From a virus (lineage: Duplodnaviria; Caudoviricetes): 36,318 nt of DNA. Shown piece by piece: positions 14,738 to 24,057 of the stretch (positions are counted from its first letter, which is position 1; each line of letters begins with the position of its first letter). The stretch is taken from the IMG/VR virus record IMGVR_UViG_3300020128_000050, positions 1 through 36,318 of that record, one strand, 5' to 3'. The notes under the pieces were generated by a model. That model saw nothing but the letters and a program-made list of their open reading frames with translations, searched no databases and was not told where the DNA came from. Both the position numbers and the translations under genes were made by a program.

Positions 14738-15060
14738 TGGCCACGCAGAATTTCTTCGTCATGTCCGCCGCCCAGCGCATCATTGCCGTGGGCTATAATC
14801 AGGGTGCCGGTGGCGTCGCCATCGATCCGCGCCTTATCGACAGCCCTACGCCCGGCGCCGGCATCAACACCAATCCTGATGCTGATGGCTATGATGTGGG
14901 CGATCCCATCACCCTGGCCGGTAAGTATGTGGCGCCGGTGCGCATCGTCAACGATCCTGAATATCAGCGCGAGGTGCCCGACATGGTGGCATTCCTGCTG
15001 ACGCTCCCCTCTGCGATCCTTGAGGTCGAGACGATTTTCCTGCCGCCGCCGGAAGATTAA
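14737..15060 (+). CDS. Hypothetical protein (107 aa), probably associated with the spike fibre
   Basis: TGATG coupling and AGGAG RBS; start MATQNFFV. Confidence 0.75.
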   Translation: MATQNFFVMSAAQRIIAVGYNQGAGGVAIDPRLIDSPTPGAGINTNPDADGYDVGDPITLAGKYVAPVRIVNDPEYQREVPDMVAFLLTLPSAILEVETIFLPPPED

Positions 15061-15091
15061 GCGGTCAAACCCAATAGTCTAGGAGGCCGAT

Positions 15092-15355
15092 ATGGCTCTG
15101 CCTGAATGGAATGTCGGCGGAAACGCCTCTGACAGTTTCGGCCCCAAGGGACGCGTAATCACGCCGGGCGCTGCTGACCTCGATCCTATTGCCAAGAGCG
15201 TCGTTATGCTCAGCGCCGGCGATATCACCATTGTTCCCCTGGGCAATGACAATGCGGCCACGCTGGCCTTTGTCGGTCTGCCGGCGGGTTACGTCGTCCC
15301 ATATCGTGTTCGCCGCGTGACCGCCTGCACCGGCACATGCGCCACCATCGACTAA
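15092..15355 (+). CDS. Head-spike base protein (RcGTA Rcc01079-like)
   Basis: 87 aa; VITPGAADL...SVVMLSAGDITIV...FVGLPAGYVVPYRVRRV.A..GT matches the family pattern. Confidence 0.8.
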   Translation: MALPEWNVGGNASDSFGPKGRVITPGAADLDPIAKSVVMLSAGDITIVPLGNDNAATLAFVGLPAGYVVPYRVRRVTACTGTCATID

Positions 15356-15370
15356 ACACGGAGGTCCATC

Positions 15371-15799
15371 ATGGACAACAATGCAATCAAGGGCTACGGC
15401 CCCGGCTCTGTCAGCGACCTTGCCCGCAATGGCGGCGACGTTGCTGCCAATCTTACCAATGCCGACCTGAAGGGCTATGGGCCTGGCTCGATCCCTGACC
15501 TGGCGCGCAACGGCGGCGGCCCGCTCGGCCCAGTCATTGCCGGCACCCCCGTCCTGACCGGCAAGAGCGGCGTGGCTTATGCCGGCTTTACCGTCTCCGC
15601 TCACGGCGGCAAGACGGCCTATACCTTCGCACTCGTCGGCACCTGGCCTACGGGCATCAGCATCAACAGTTCGACCGGCGCTGTGACCGGTACGCCTAGC
15701 GAGGACGGTTCTTTCGCCAACCTCTCGGTCAAGGTGACGGATGCCGATGGTAAGGTCGATCAGATCCCGGCCTTCACGCTGGTCATCGATCCGGCCTGA
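15371..15799 (+). CDS. Putative Ig-domain (He_PIG-like) virion decoration protein with an N-terminal duplicated motif
   Basis: KGYGPGSxxDLARNGG twice; GG..AYTFALVGTWPTGISINSSTGAVTGTP...VKVTDA. Confidence 0.8.
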   Translation: MDNNAIKGYGPGSVSDLARNGGDVAANLTNADLKGYGPGSIPDLARNGGGPLGPVIAGTPVLTGKSGVAYAGFTVSAHGGKTAYTFALVGTWPTGISINSSTGAVTGTPSEDGSFANLSVKVTDADGKVDQIPAFTLVIDPA

Positions 15800-15801
15800 T
15801 T

Positions 15802-16167
15802 ATGAGCGCTCCTGAAAAGGACACCGAGACCGGCCGTTTTGTAACGGGCAATAGCGGGGGCGGGCGGCCCAAGGGGTCTCGGAACAAACTGGGCGAGGCT
15901 TTCATCGAAGCCTTGCATGATGATTTTCAAGTGCATGGCGTTGAAGCCATCCAGACCGTGCGCGAGCGGAAGCCTGAGCAATATTTGCGGGTCATCGCTT
16001 CGATCATGCCGAAGGATATCAACCTCAATGTCAATAATCTGGGCGAGATGAGCGATGACGAGCTTATCGAGCGCATCCGAAACCTCGACGCCACAATCCG
16101 GCCTTTCCTCGCTGCTCAGGGAGAGGATGGCGTTGACGGCGGAGATCGAAAGGCGACAGCGCACTAG
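15802..16167 (+). CDS. terS: Terminase small subunit
   Basis: TGRFVTGNSGGGRPKGSRNKL N-terminus and MSDDELIERI; overlaps terL. Confidence 0.8.
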   Translation: MSAPEKDTETGRFVTGNSGGGRPKGSRNKLGEAFIEALHDDFQVHGVEAIQTVRERKPEQYLRVIASIMPKDINLNVNNLGEMSDDELIERIRNLDATIRPFLAAQGEDGVDGGDRKATAH

Positions 16168-17515
16168 CCGCCTGCGCTTCTATCGACCCTACGCCAAGCA
16201 GCACGAGTTTCATTCCAACAGGAAGCGCGAGCGGCTGTTCATGGCCGGCAACCAGTTGGGCAAGACGTTCGCCGGAGCAGCAGAGGCGGCAATGCACCTC
16301 ACTGGCCGCTATGACCTCTACAAGGGGCCGAATGGTGAGCCTTGGCACGGGTGGCGCTTCGATAATCCAATCACGATGCTTGCGGGATCTGAAAGCTACG
16401 AACTGACCCGCGACGGGGTTCAACGCCTCATGGTTGGGCCGCCGATGAATGAAGAGGACTGGGGCACGGGGTATATTCCCCTGGACGCCATCATCGACAC
16501 AACGCGGCGGTCTGGTGTTTCAGGCGCCCTCGACACGGTGACGGTCCGGCACGTCAGCGGCGGGGTCTCCACATTATTCCTCAAGGCCTATGAGCAGGGC
16601 AGGGGCAAGTGGCAGGCCAATACAGTCGATTTCGTCTGGTTCGATGAAGAGCCGCCTGAGGATGTCTATTTCGAGGGTATCACCCGCACGAACGCGACTA
16701 ATGGTCGAATAGCGGTCACGTTCACGCCGCTCAAAGGCATGTCGGCAGTGGTTGCGCGCTATCTGCTGGAAAAAGATGAGGGTGGAGATGACCGCGCCGT
16801 CATCTCCATGACCATTGAGGATGCGGAGCACTACACGCCGGAAGATCGGGCAAGAATTATTGCCAGCTATCCGCTTCATGAGCGCGCGGCGCGGACCAAA
16901 GGCATCCCTTCGATGGGGTCAGGCCTGATCTTCCCGGTCATCGAGGAAGACATTATCTGCGAGCCGTTCGAGATTCCCAAGCACTGGGTGCAGATGAACG
17001 GCATGGACTTTGGCTGGGATCACCCCACGGCCGGCGCATCCATCGCCTGGGACCGTGACGCAGACGTGATTTACCTGACGAAGGACTATCGGCAGCGTCA
17101 CGCAACACCAGTTGTCCACGCGGCCGCATTCAAGGCCTGGGGCGCATGGATGCCATGGGCATGGCCGCATGACGGCAATAACGACACGGCGGCCGGCGAG
17201 AACCTGTCCAAGCAGTATCGCGACCAGGGTCTCAACATGCTGCCAGAACGCGCCACCTTTGAGGATGGCAGCAACAGCGTTGAGGCTGGGCTTATGGAAA
17301 TGCTGGACCGGATGCTTACCGGCCGCTTCAAGGTGTTCAAGACCTGCGGGGCATTTCTGGAAGAGCGCCGAATTTACCACCGCAAGGACGGCAAGGTGGT
17401 GAAAGAGCGCGATGACGTGATTTCGGCGGCTCGATACGCGGTGATGATGAAACGCTTCGCCCGGGTCAAGCCGGCCCCGAGTGGCAGCGGCTTTGTCCCG
17501 CGCAAGATTGTGTAG
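16055..17515 (+). CDS. terL: Terminase large subunit (P22-like)
   Basis: Walker A AGNQLGKT, Walker B FVWFDEEP, TFTP, nuclease motif GMDFGWDHP. Start may be 16127. Confidence 0.95.
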   Translation: MTSLSSASETSTPQSGLSSLLRERMALTAEIERRQRTSRLRFYRPYAKQHEFHSNRKRERLFMAGNQLGKTFAGAAEAAMHLTGRYDLYKGPNGEPWHGWRFDNPITMLAGSESYELTRDGVQRLMVGPPMNEEDWGTGYIPLDAIIDTTRRSGVSGALDTVTVRHVSGGVSTLFLKAYEQGRGKWQANTVDFVWFDEEPPEDVYFEGITRTNATNGRIAVTFTPLKGMSAVVARYLLEKDEGGDDRAVISMTIEDAEHYTPEDRARIIASYPLHERAARTKGIPSMGSGLIFPVIEEDIICEPFEIPKHWVQMNGMDFGWDHPTAGASIAWDRDADVIYLTKDYRQRHATPVVHAAAFKAWGAWMPWAWPHDGNNDTAAGENLSKQYRDQGLNMLPERATFEDGSNSVEAGLMEMLDRMLTGRFKVFKTCGAFLEERRIYHRKDGKVVKERDDVISAARYAVMMKRFARVKPAPSGSGFVPRKIV

Positions 17516-17523
17516 GATGGCAG

Positions 17524-19794
17524 ATGGCTCGTGAAACCATTGACGATGTACGTCTGACCAATATCGTCAAGGATTTGGTCAAGGACGCTGAGGCGTACCG
17601 TGACGAGCGCTCCGAGGACCGCGAAAAGGCCATGGCCTATTTCGATGGCGACGAGGAAAAGCTGCAAAAATACATCCCGAGCGATGAAGGCCGCAGCAAG
17701 GTGGTGTCGCGCGACGTTCGGTCGGCGGTGCGCAAGGTGCTCCCCTCCGTTCTGCGCACCATTCTGGGCCATGATGAGATTGTCGAATACACGCCTGTTG
17801 GCGAGGGCGACGAAAACAGCGCCGATCAGGCATCGGATTACGTGAACTACGTCGCGCTGCCCGAGTGCAATGGGCGCCAGGCCATCGAGGATGCCGTGAA
17901 TGACGCGCTCCGACTGCGCAATGGCATCATCAAATGGTGGTACGAGGAAAAGGTTGAGGTCCGCACTTCGCAGCATTCCGGCCTCGATGAAATGTCATGG
18001 GCGCAGCTTGTGGCCGATGACGATGTTGAGGTGGTGGAGCACACGCAGCGCGAGGAAATCGTGCAGGTGCCCGACCCCGCGACCGGCGAGATGGTTGAAC
18101 AGCCCATCCCGGTTCATGATGTGCGGATCAAGCGCCGGATCACCAAGCGCATGCCGCGCATTGCCGCGATTGCGCCTGAGAACTTCCTGATCCACCCTGA
18201 CGCGATCCGGCTTGAAGATAGCCCACTCAATGGGGAGAATTTCCGCCTACGCCGCTCCGATCTGGTGGCGATGGGATATGACAGGGAGATTGTCGATAGC
18301 CTGCCTGCCTTCGGTAGCGGATCGAGCGAACAGGACGCGGAGGAAGAAGCCCGCCGCCGCACCGAAGAAATGACGAACGGCGATGACAATGCCCACGCCA
18401 TGCAGGAGATTGACTATTACGACCTGCTCGTGCGCGTGGACCAGGACGACGATGGCATTGCCGAGCTGCGCCGCATCGTGTTCGCCGGGGCGATCAAGCC
18501 GGAATACATGCTCGAAAACGTCGAGTGGGATGAGGTCAATTACGCCGATATTGTCTCGGAACGGCGGCCGCACCAGTGGGAGGGCAATTCGATCACCGAT
18601 GAGGTGATGGAAATCCAGAAGATCAAGACGGTCTTGCTGCGCCAGACGCTCGACAATCTCTATTGGCAGAACAACCTCCAGCCGATTGTGCAGGAGAACC
18701 AGATTGTCGATATGGACGCGGTAATGAACCCGTCATTCGGCAAGCCTATCCGGGTTCAGAACGGCACCGATGTGCGCGCCGCCGTGGGGTATAACACGGT
18801 CCCTATGGTCGCGGATAAATCCTACGCCATGCTCAATTACATGGACGAGGAATCGACCGACCGCACCGGCATTTCCGACGCATCGAGCGGCATGGCACCG
18901 GACGCGCTGCAAAACATGACCGCCAAGGCCTCTGCCATGATCGAGCAGGCCGGCATCGGCCAGACCGAAATGATGGTGAAGTGCATCGCGGAAAGCCTCA
19001 AGCCGGTGTTTCGCGGCCTTCTGCGCCTCATCATTCAGCATCAGGATATTCCGCGCACGGTACGGCTCCGGGATGAGTGGGTGACGTTCGATCCGCGCCA
19101 GTGGAATGCGGATATGGACGCCGTGGTGAATATCGGCCTTGGCGCTGGCACCCGCGAGCGCGACATGATGATGATGCAGCAGGTCATGAGCTTGCAGCAG
19201 ACCATTCTGGCCCAGATGGGGCCGGCTGTGGGTCAGCTTTTTGTCACGGTCGATAACCTGTCCAATGGCATCGACAAGTTTGTTGAGGCATCGGGCCTTC
19301 GGACGCCTCGACTGTATTTCTCCCGGCCTTCCGCTGAGGACGTGCAGCAGGCCATGCAGGCCCAAAGCCAGCAGCCCAGCCCTGAGCAAATCAAGGCCGA
19401 AACCACGCTGGCGGTGGAAGATAAGCGCACCGAGCGCGAAATGGCCAAAATACAGGCCACGACGCAGAGCCGGCGCGAGGAAGCGCGGCTTAAGGCGCAG
19501 GTGGATATCAACCGCGAACAAGCCCAGCTTGACGCCGACCTGCAAACCAATCTTGCCGAGCTCGAGCGCGAAACCGAGGCCAAGCGGCAGCAGTTGATTG
19601 CCGACGCTGCGATGAAGCGCCAGGAGCAGCAGCTAGAGCGCGAGCGCATGGCAGTTGACGTGCAGATCAAGCGCGAGGAAATCGCCAGCCGCGAGCGCAT
19701 TGCAGCGGCCGGCCATCAGGCCAGCATTCAGCAGGCGCGGGCGGCCAGCATCGGCAAAGCCTTCGAGAAAAACGACAAGGCAGAGCAGAAATGA
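17524..19794 (+). CDS. Portal protein (P22-like, long C-terminal coiled coil)
   Basis: 756 aa after terL; GRSKVVSRDV, ADQASDYVNY; Q/E/A-rich helical tail. Confidence 0.92.
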   Translation: MARETIDDVRLTNIVKDLVKDAEAYRDERSEDREKAMAYFDGDEEKLQKYIPSDEGRSKVVSRDVRSAVRKVLPSVLRTILGHDEIVEYTPVGEGDENSADQASDYVNYVALPECNGRQAIEDAVNDALRLRNGIIKWWYEEKVEVRTSQHSGLDEMSWAQLVADDDVEVVEHTQREEIVQVPDPATGEMVEQPIPVHDVRIKRRITKRMPRIAAIAPENFLIHPDAIRLEDSPLNGENFRLRRSDLVAMGYDREIVDSLPAFGSGSSEQDAEEEARRRTEEMTNGDDNAHAMQEIDYYDLLVRVDQDDDGIAELRRIVFAGAIKPEYMLENVEWDEVNYADIVSERRPHQWEGNSITDEVMEIQKIKTVLLRQTLDNLYWQNNLQPIVQENQIVDMDAVMNPSFGKPIRVQNGTDVRAAVGYNTVPMVADKSYAMLNYMDEESTDRTGISDASSGMAPDALQNMTAKASAMIEQAGIGQTEMMVKCIAESLKPVFRGLLRLIIQHQDIPRTVRLRDEWVTFDPRQWNADMDAVVNIGLGAGTRERDMMMMQQVMSLQQTILAQMGPAVGQLFVTVDNLSNGIDKFVEASGLRTPRLYFSRPSAEDVQQAMQAQSQQPSPEQIKAETTLAVEDKRTEREMAKIQATTQSRREEARLKAQVDINREQAQLDADLQTNLAELERETEAKRQQLIADAAMKRQEQQLERERMAVDVQIKREEIASRERIAAAGHQASIQQARAASIGKAFEKNDKAEQK

Positions 19795-19910
19795 CTCTTA
19801 AAGGAATCCTTCGGCGCATCCTGTGGGTGTATCCATCAGCCGCAGGCGGATGGTACGTTCTGCTATTCAAGCGCGGCTTCCATGTAAAATATGACGGGAC
19901 ATGGAAATGA
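19791..19910 (+). CDS. 39-aa peptide between the portal and the next gene
   Basis: ATGA overlaps at both ends; MTLKGILRRILWVYPSAAGGWYVLLFKRGFHVKYDGTWK. Confidence 0.5.
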   Translation: MTLKGILRRILWVYPSAAGGWYVLLFKRGFHVKYDGTWK

Positions 19911-20143
19911 CTGACGACGAGCGCCGCCGCGCCGCGCAGGCCATTCTCGCCATCCCGTTTTTCAATGACCTGATGGACAGCCTCGAAAAGAGCGCTGTTA
20001 ACCAGTGCATCAACGCAAAATATGATGACCACGAAGCCCGGCAGGCATTTGCCGCTGAGGCGCGGGCCATCATTCGACTTCGCCAGCAAATCGGCTCCCT
20101 CGCTGAGGACAAAGCCGAACGCTCGCGCAAAGCGCCGGCATAG
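19907..20143 (+). CDS. Small helical head-module protein
   Basis: Located between portal and scaffold; MTDDERRRAAQAILAIPFF. Confidence 0.75.
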   Translation: MTDDERRRAAQAILAIPFFNDLMDSLEKSAVNQCINAKYDDHEARQAFAAEARAIIRLRQQIGSLAEDKAERSRKAPA

Positions 20144-20172
20144 GGCCGCCGCACAACCTCCATGAGGCATAA

Positions 20173-21144
20173 ATGACCGGTGAAAACGACAACCTGGCCG
20201 AGGCCGGGACCGATACCACCAACCCCTCCGATGCTCTCGATAACCCCGACAACCTCAATTTCTGGGAACCCGGTGATGAAGAACCGGACACTTCCGAAGG
20301 TGAGGAAATCGAGGCCGAAACCGACAGCGAGACGGATGAGCCCGAAGATGGGCAAGAGGCCGACCAGTCCGAAACCGCAGACGATGAGCCAGAAGACGGC
20401 GAAGAAGGCGATGAGCTTCCCGAGCCAGACGATGGTGTCACCGTCACCGTAAACGGCGAAAAGCTCGCTCTTAGCGCGCTCAAATCCGGTTACATGCGGC
20501 AGCAGGACTATAGCCGCAAGACTGCCGAAGTCGCTGAAAAGCGCAAGGCTCTTGAGGCTCTTTCCAACCGTGTCACCACTTCGGTGAACGCTATCGCACA
20601 ACTCCTGACCGCATCCGTTCCGCCCATGCCCGACCAGGCATTGGCACTGACGGACCCGCAGAAGCACTATCGCATGAAAGTGCTTCATGACACTGCCATG
20701 GCAAAGGTGGCGGAAGTCATCGAAAAAGCCAATGAGCCCAAAGCCGCGCTCGAAGCGCTTTCCAACCAGCAGCGTACCGAACTCTTGCAGAGCGAGAACG
20801 CCAAGCTCTCGGAAGCTTTCCCGCAGACTACCTCACCGGAAGGCCGGAAGAAGTTTTTCGAGAACACGACAAGTGCCGCTCGGGAACTCGGCTTCACCGA
20901 CGAGGAACTGGCAGGCGTAACGGACCACCGGCTGTTCAAGCTGGCCCATTACGCACGCATCGGGCTCGCAGCAGAGGCAGCAAAGGCCAAGGCGGCAAAG
21001 AAGGTGGCAAATGTCCCACCTGTTGCCCCAGCCAAGCGCCAGCCATCTACCAATGCCAGCAAGGCAGCGAAAAACAGGGAAGCGATGAAGCGGTTGGACC
21101 GTACCGGGTCGATCCATGACGCCATGGCAATCGACTTCGATTGA
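20173..21144 (+). CDS. Scaffolding protein
   Basis: Acidic N-terminus, VTVNGEK...LKSGYMRQQDYSRKT motif, directly before the capsid gene. Confidence 0.88.
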   Translation: MTGENDNLAEAGTDTTNPSDALDNPDNLNFWEPGDEEPDTSEGEEIEAETDSETDEPEDGQEADQSETADDEPEDGEEGDELPEPDDGVTVTVNGEKLALSALKSGYMRQQDYSRKTAEVAEKRKALEALSNRVTTSVNAIAQLLTASVPPMPDQALALTDPQKHYRMKVLHDTAMAKVAEVIEKANEPKAALEALSNQQRTELLQSENAKLSEAFPQTTSPEGRKKFFENTTSAARELGFTDEELAGVTDHRLFKLAHYARIGLAAEAAKAKAAKKVANVPPVAPAKRQPSTNASKAAKNREAMKRLDRTGSIHDAMAIDFD

Positions 21145-21170
21145 TCCATCTTCATCCATAGGAGGCCACT

Positions 21171-22163
21171 ATGGCCGCACTTGCGAACACCAAGCTGACC
21201 ACTACGGCGGTCGGCAACCGTGAAGAACTCTCGGACGTGGTGAGCCGCATCACCCCGGAAGACACCCCCATCTATTCCCTGATCGGCAAGGGCTCGACCA
21301 GCTCGACTCACCCCGAATGGGAAACCGATGAGCTTGCCGCCCCTGGCGAGAACATTCGGACTGAAGGCGACGAATATTCCTTCGACGCCATCACCCCGCC
21401 CAAGCGCATGGGCAACTACACCCAGATCATGCGCAAGTCGTTCATCATCTCCAACACCCAGGAGACGGTGGACGAGGCCGGGCGCATTCAGAAGACCAAG
21501 CATCAGAAGCTCAAGAAGGGCATCGAAATCCGCAAGGACGTCGAGTTGGCCATTCTGACCAACAATGCTTCGGTGGCCGGCGCGACCCGAGAATTCGGCG
21601 GCCTGCCGACTTGGGTCGAAACCAATGCCAATCGGGGGAGCGGCGGCACCAATGGCGGTTTCGACTTCAACACCGGCCTGACTGTCGCGGCGGGCAACGG
21701 CACCCAGCGGGCCTTCTCCAAGACCATTCTGGATGACGTGATGCAGCAGGGCTATGAGGCCGGCGCCAACTTCCGTGAGGTGAGCGTTTCGCCTTACGTG
21801 AAGTCGGTGTTCGTCACCCTCATGTCGGACAACAACGTTGCGCCCTTCCGCTATCCGGTGAAGAACGGTGAGGGCAACACCATCATCGCCAATGCGGACT
21901 ATTACCATGGTCCGTTCGGCATGGTGGCGATCATGCCGAACCGGGTGCAGGCGGCCAACGCTGCCGTGGCCCGTAACGCCCACTTCATCGACAAGGACAT
22001 GGTGAAGTTCCTCTGGCTCCGGAAAATCCAGGAGGATAAGGGCGTGGCCAAGACTGGTGACGCCGCCAAGACCGTCATCATCGGTGAGGGCACGCTTTGC
22101 GTGAAGAACGAGGCCGGTATCGGCATTGCTGCCGACCTGTACGGGCTGACCTCCAGCACCTGA
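21171..22163 (+). CDS. Major capsid protein (DUF5309/SU10-like)
   Basis: GNREELSDVVSRITPEDTP, EWETDEL, NYTQIMRK, KTGDA...IIGEGTL; AGGAGG RBS. Confidence 0.93.
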   Translation: MAALANTKLTTTAVGNREELSDVVSRITPEDTPIYSLIGKGSTSSTHPEWETDELAAPGENIRTEGDEYSFDAITPPKRMGNYTQIMRKSFIISNTQETVDEAGRIQKTKHQKLKKGIEIRKDVELAILTNNASVAGATREFGGLPTWVETNANRGSGGTNGGFDFNTGLTVAAGNGTQRAFSKTILDDVMQQGYEAGANFREVSVSPYVKSVFVTLMSDNNVAPFRYPVKNGEGNTIIANADYYHGPFGMVAIMPNRVQAANAAVARNAHFIDKDMVKFLWLRKIQEDKGVAKTGDAAKTVIIGEGTLCVKNEAGIGIAADLYGLTSST

Positions 22164-22188
22164 CCCAACCGGGCATCAACGCATCAAC

Positions 22189-22218
22189 GGGCCTCGCCAC
22201 ATCGGCGGGGCCTTTTTC
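22189..22218 (+). terminator. Rho-independent terminator after the capsid gene
   Basis: GGCCTCGCC-ACATC-GGCGGGGCC-TTTTT. Confidence 0.85.
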
Positions 22219-22231
22219 ATTGGAGGCCTCA

Positions 22232-22597
22232 ATGGCTGAACAGAACCCCGACCTGCTCAAGCAGGCCGATGAATTGGGCATCAAGACTGATCGGCGCTGG
22301 GGCGATGAACGCCTACAGCAGGAAATCGACGCGAAGCTTGCCGAGACGCCGGCGGACAGCGATGGCGGCTCGCCCGCCAGCGAGCCAACCACCAACCCCG
22401 AGCCCTTCGGCGGCAAGGGCGATCATGACGGTGACGGCCGTCCCGGCGGTGCCGCCCCGGCCCTTCACCCCATGATCGTCAACCGTGACTTCTGGGACAA
22501 GGGCGGCGTTCGTCACCGCAAGGGCACCGTGGTGGAAGTGACGGCCGAAGCCGCCATTGACGGCGCTGCATCCGGCGCGCTCTCGCGGGTGCGGTAA
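22232..22597 (+). CDS. Hypothetical protein with an N-terminal helix-extension-helix-like motif
   Basis: GGAGG RBS; LLKQADELGIKTDRRWGDERLQQEI. Confidence 0.75.
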   Translation: MAEQNPDLLKQADELGIKTDRRWGDERLQQEIDAKLAETPADSDGGSPASEPTTNPEPFGGKGDHDGDGRPGGAAPALHPMIVNRDFWDKGGVRHRKGTVVEVTAEAAIDGAASGALSRVR

Positions 22598-22598
22598 A

Positions 22599-22937
22599 AT
22601 GTACGTGGGTCCGATCCGGGACGGCAACTGGGAATTGCTTGAGCACAATCCCGCGTTGGGCCGCACGACATGGGTGTGGTTTGACGGCGAGAAGACCCAC
22701 ATCCGGCACGACTATCAGGTGGCCCATCTGGTCGAGAATAACCTGTTGGCCCGCAACAGCGCACCCGCCGGCTGGGCCGGCGACTGGCATCGCATCGCCT
22801 CCGTTCCGCTCAATCTGCACTACGACGAGAATTCAGGGCTGCACAAGGCGCTGACGGAAGGCGACGACGCCCATGTGCGCCGCTTCCTGAATGACAGCGA
22901 CAATGCGGCGTTTCGGACCAAGGAAGGGCGCGTGTGA
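22599..22937 (+). CDS. Conserved-looking head-module hypothetical protein
   Basis: WHRIASVP...RFLNDSDNAAFRTKEGRV; coupled to the adaptor gene. Confidence 0.75.
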   Translation: MYVGPIRDGNWELLEHNPALGRTTWVWFDGEKTHIRHDYQVAHLVENNLLARNSAPAGWAGDWHRIASVPLNLHYDENSGLHKALTEGDDAHVRRFLNDSDNAAFRTKEGRV

Positions 22938-23452
22938 TGGAATACCTCGATCTTCGCCTCGCCGTCGCGGACATGGTGCAAAGCCGCAATATCAGCGACG
23001 TGATGGCCATTCTCACGCGCCGGGCGGAAACCAATCTCAATCGCCGCCTGCGCACCATGTGGCAGATCGAGGAATTCTCCCCGGCATGGGCCAATAACGA
23101 AGCGCCGCTGCCCGATGACTTCCTGCAACTGGTGGATAGCGATAACCGGCTGCGCATCCGCGCCGGCATGATCTGCCGCAAACCCTATTACACCTGCCCG
23201 AGCGAGCTTGAATATTACGCTGCCCTGCCGACCGTCACCACGGGGCCAGACGGCACCAATTGGCTGCTGGAGCAGTTTGAAGGCGCTTACATCGCCGCCG
23301 TCGCGGTCGAGGCCGCAAAGCATCTGCTCAAGCCGGAAATTGGCGTCATGGCGCAATCGCTGCTCGATGGCGAATTGCAGGCCATCAAGATCGAAGATGA
23401 TCGAGCGCGCTATGCCCATCGCTCTGTCCGCGTGGGGGGGCTCACGCCATGA
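22934..23452 (+). CDS. Head-tail adaptor protein 1
   Basis: AETNLNRRLR...LPDDFLQL...TNWLL; adaptor position. Confidence 0.75.
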   Translation: MMEYLDLRLAVADMVQSRNISDVMAILTRRAETNLNRRLRTMWQIEEFSPAWANNEAPLPDDFLQLVDSDNRLRIRAGMICRKPYYTCPSELEYYAALPTVTTGPDGTNWLLEQFEGAYIAAVAVEAAKHLLKPEIGVMAQSLLDGELQAIKIEDDRARYAHRSVRVGGLTP

Positions 23453-24057
23453 CGCTGCTCTCCGCAATGCAGAACGTCGCCAAAAATGTGGGGGTGAAGC
23501 AACCGCTTTCCATCACGGGCAATAATACAGGCGATGCGGTTAAACTGCTGCAATTCGCCAATGAGGCCGGCGACGAACTGGCACGGCGCGTGGACTGGCA
23601 CCAGATGCGCAAGACCGTCTCCGTGGTTGGCACGGGCTTCCCTGCATTGCTGGATATTCGCCCTGATTACGCTCGCATGGTGCAGGGTCTGAGCGTGATC
23701 CATAATGGCGAACCAGTGCGTGGCGGGCTGACTGCGGATGAATGGAACAGCCTGCCCGAGAGGATGGGCGCGCCGCGCTATTATCAGACCGTGGGCCAGA
23801 AGATCGGCTTTTACCCCTATCTAGAAGAAGGGGCGACGGTCGGCGTCACCTATATTTCCACCGGCTGGACGTCCGCGGGGAAATCGGCATTCACGAATGA
23901 CGATGAGACGACGCTATTCCCAGAGAGGCTTCTGGAAATGGGCACGGTATGGCGGTTCAAACGTCATATCAGCGCCGATTATTCCGACTATCTCGCAGAG
24001 TTTGAAAGCGCGCTGAATGACTTTGCGGCGGCGGATGGCGGGGTGAGATTGCCATGA
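23449..24057 (+). CDS. Head-tail adaptor / tail tubular protein A-like 2
   Basis: MTLLSAMQNVA...ANEAGDELARRVDW...GAPRYY...FYP; directly before the nozzle. Confidence 0.72.
   Translation: MTLLSAMQNVAKNVGVKQPLSITGNNTGDAVKLLQFANEAGDELARRVDWHQMRKTVSVVGTGFPALLDIRPDYARMVQGLSVIHNGEPVRGGLTADEWNSLPERMGAPRYYQTVGQKIGFYPYLEEGATVGVTYISTGWTSAGKSAFTNDDETTLFPERLLEMGTVWRFKRHISADYSDYLAEFESALNDFAAADGGVRLP

Noticed and set aside
22097-22231. Open frame spanning the capsid stop into the 22232 gene, suggesting a capsid frameshift extension
   Set aside because: No slippery sequence at the capsid end, a terminator intervenes, and 22232 has its own GGAGG RBS.
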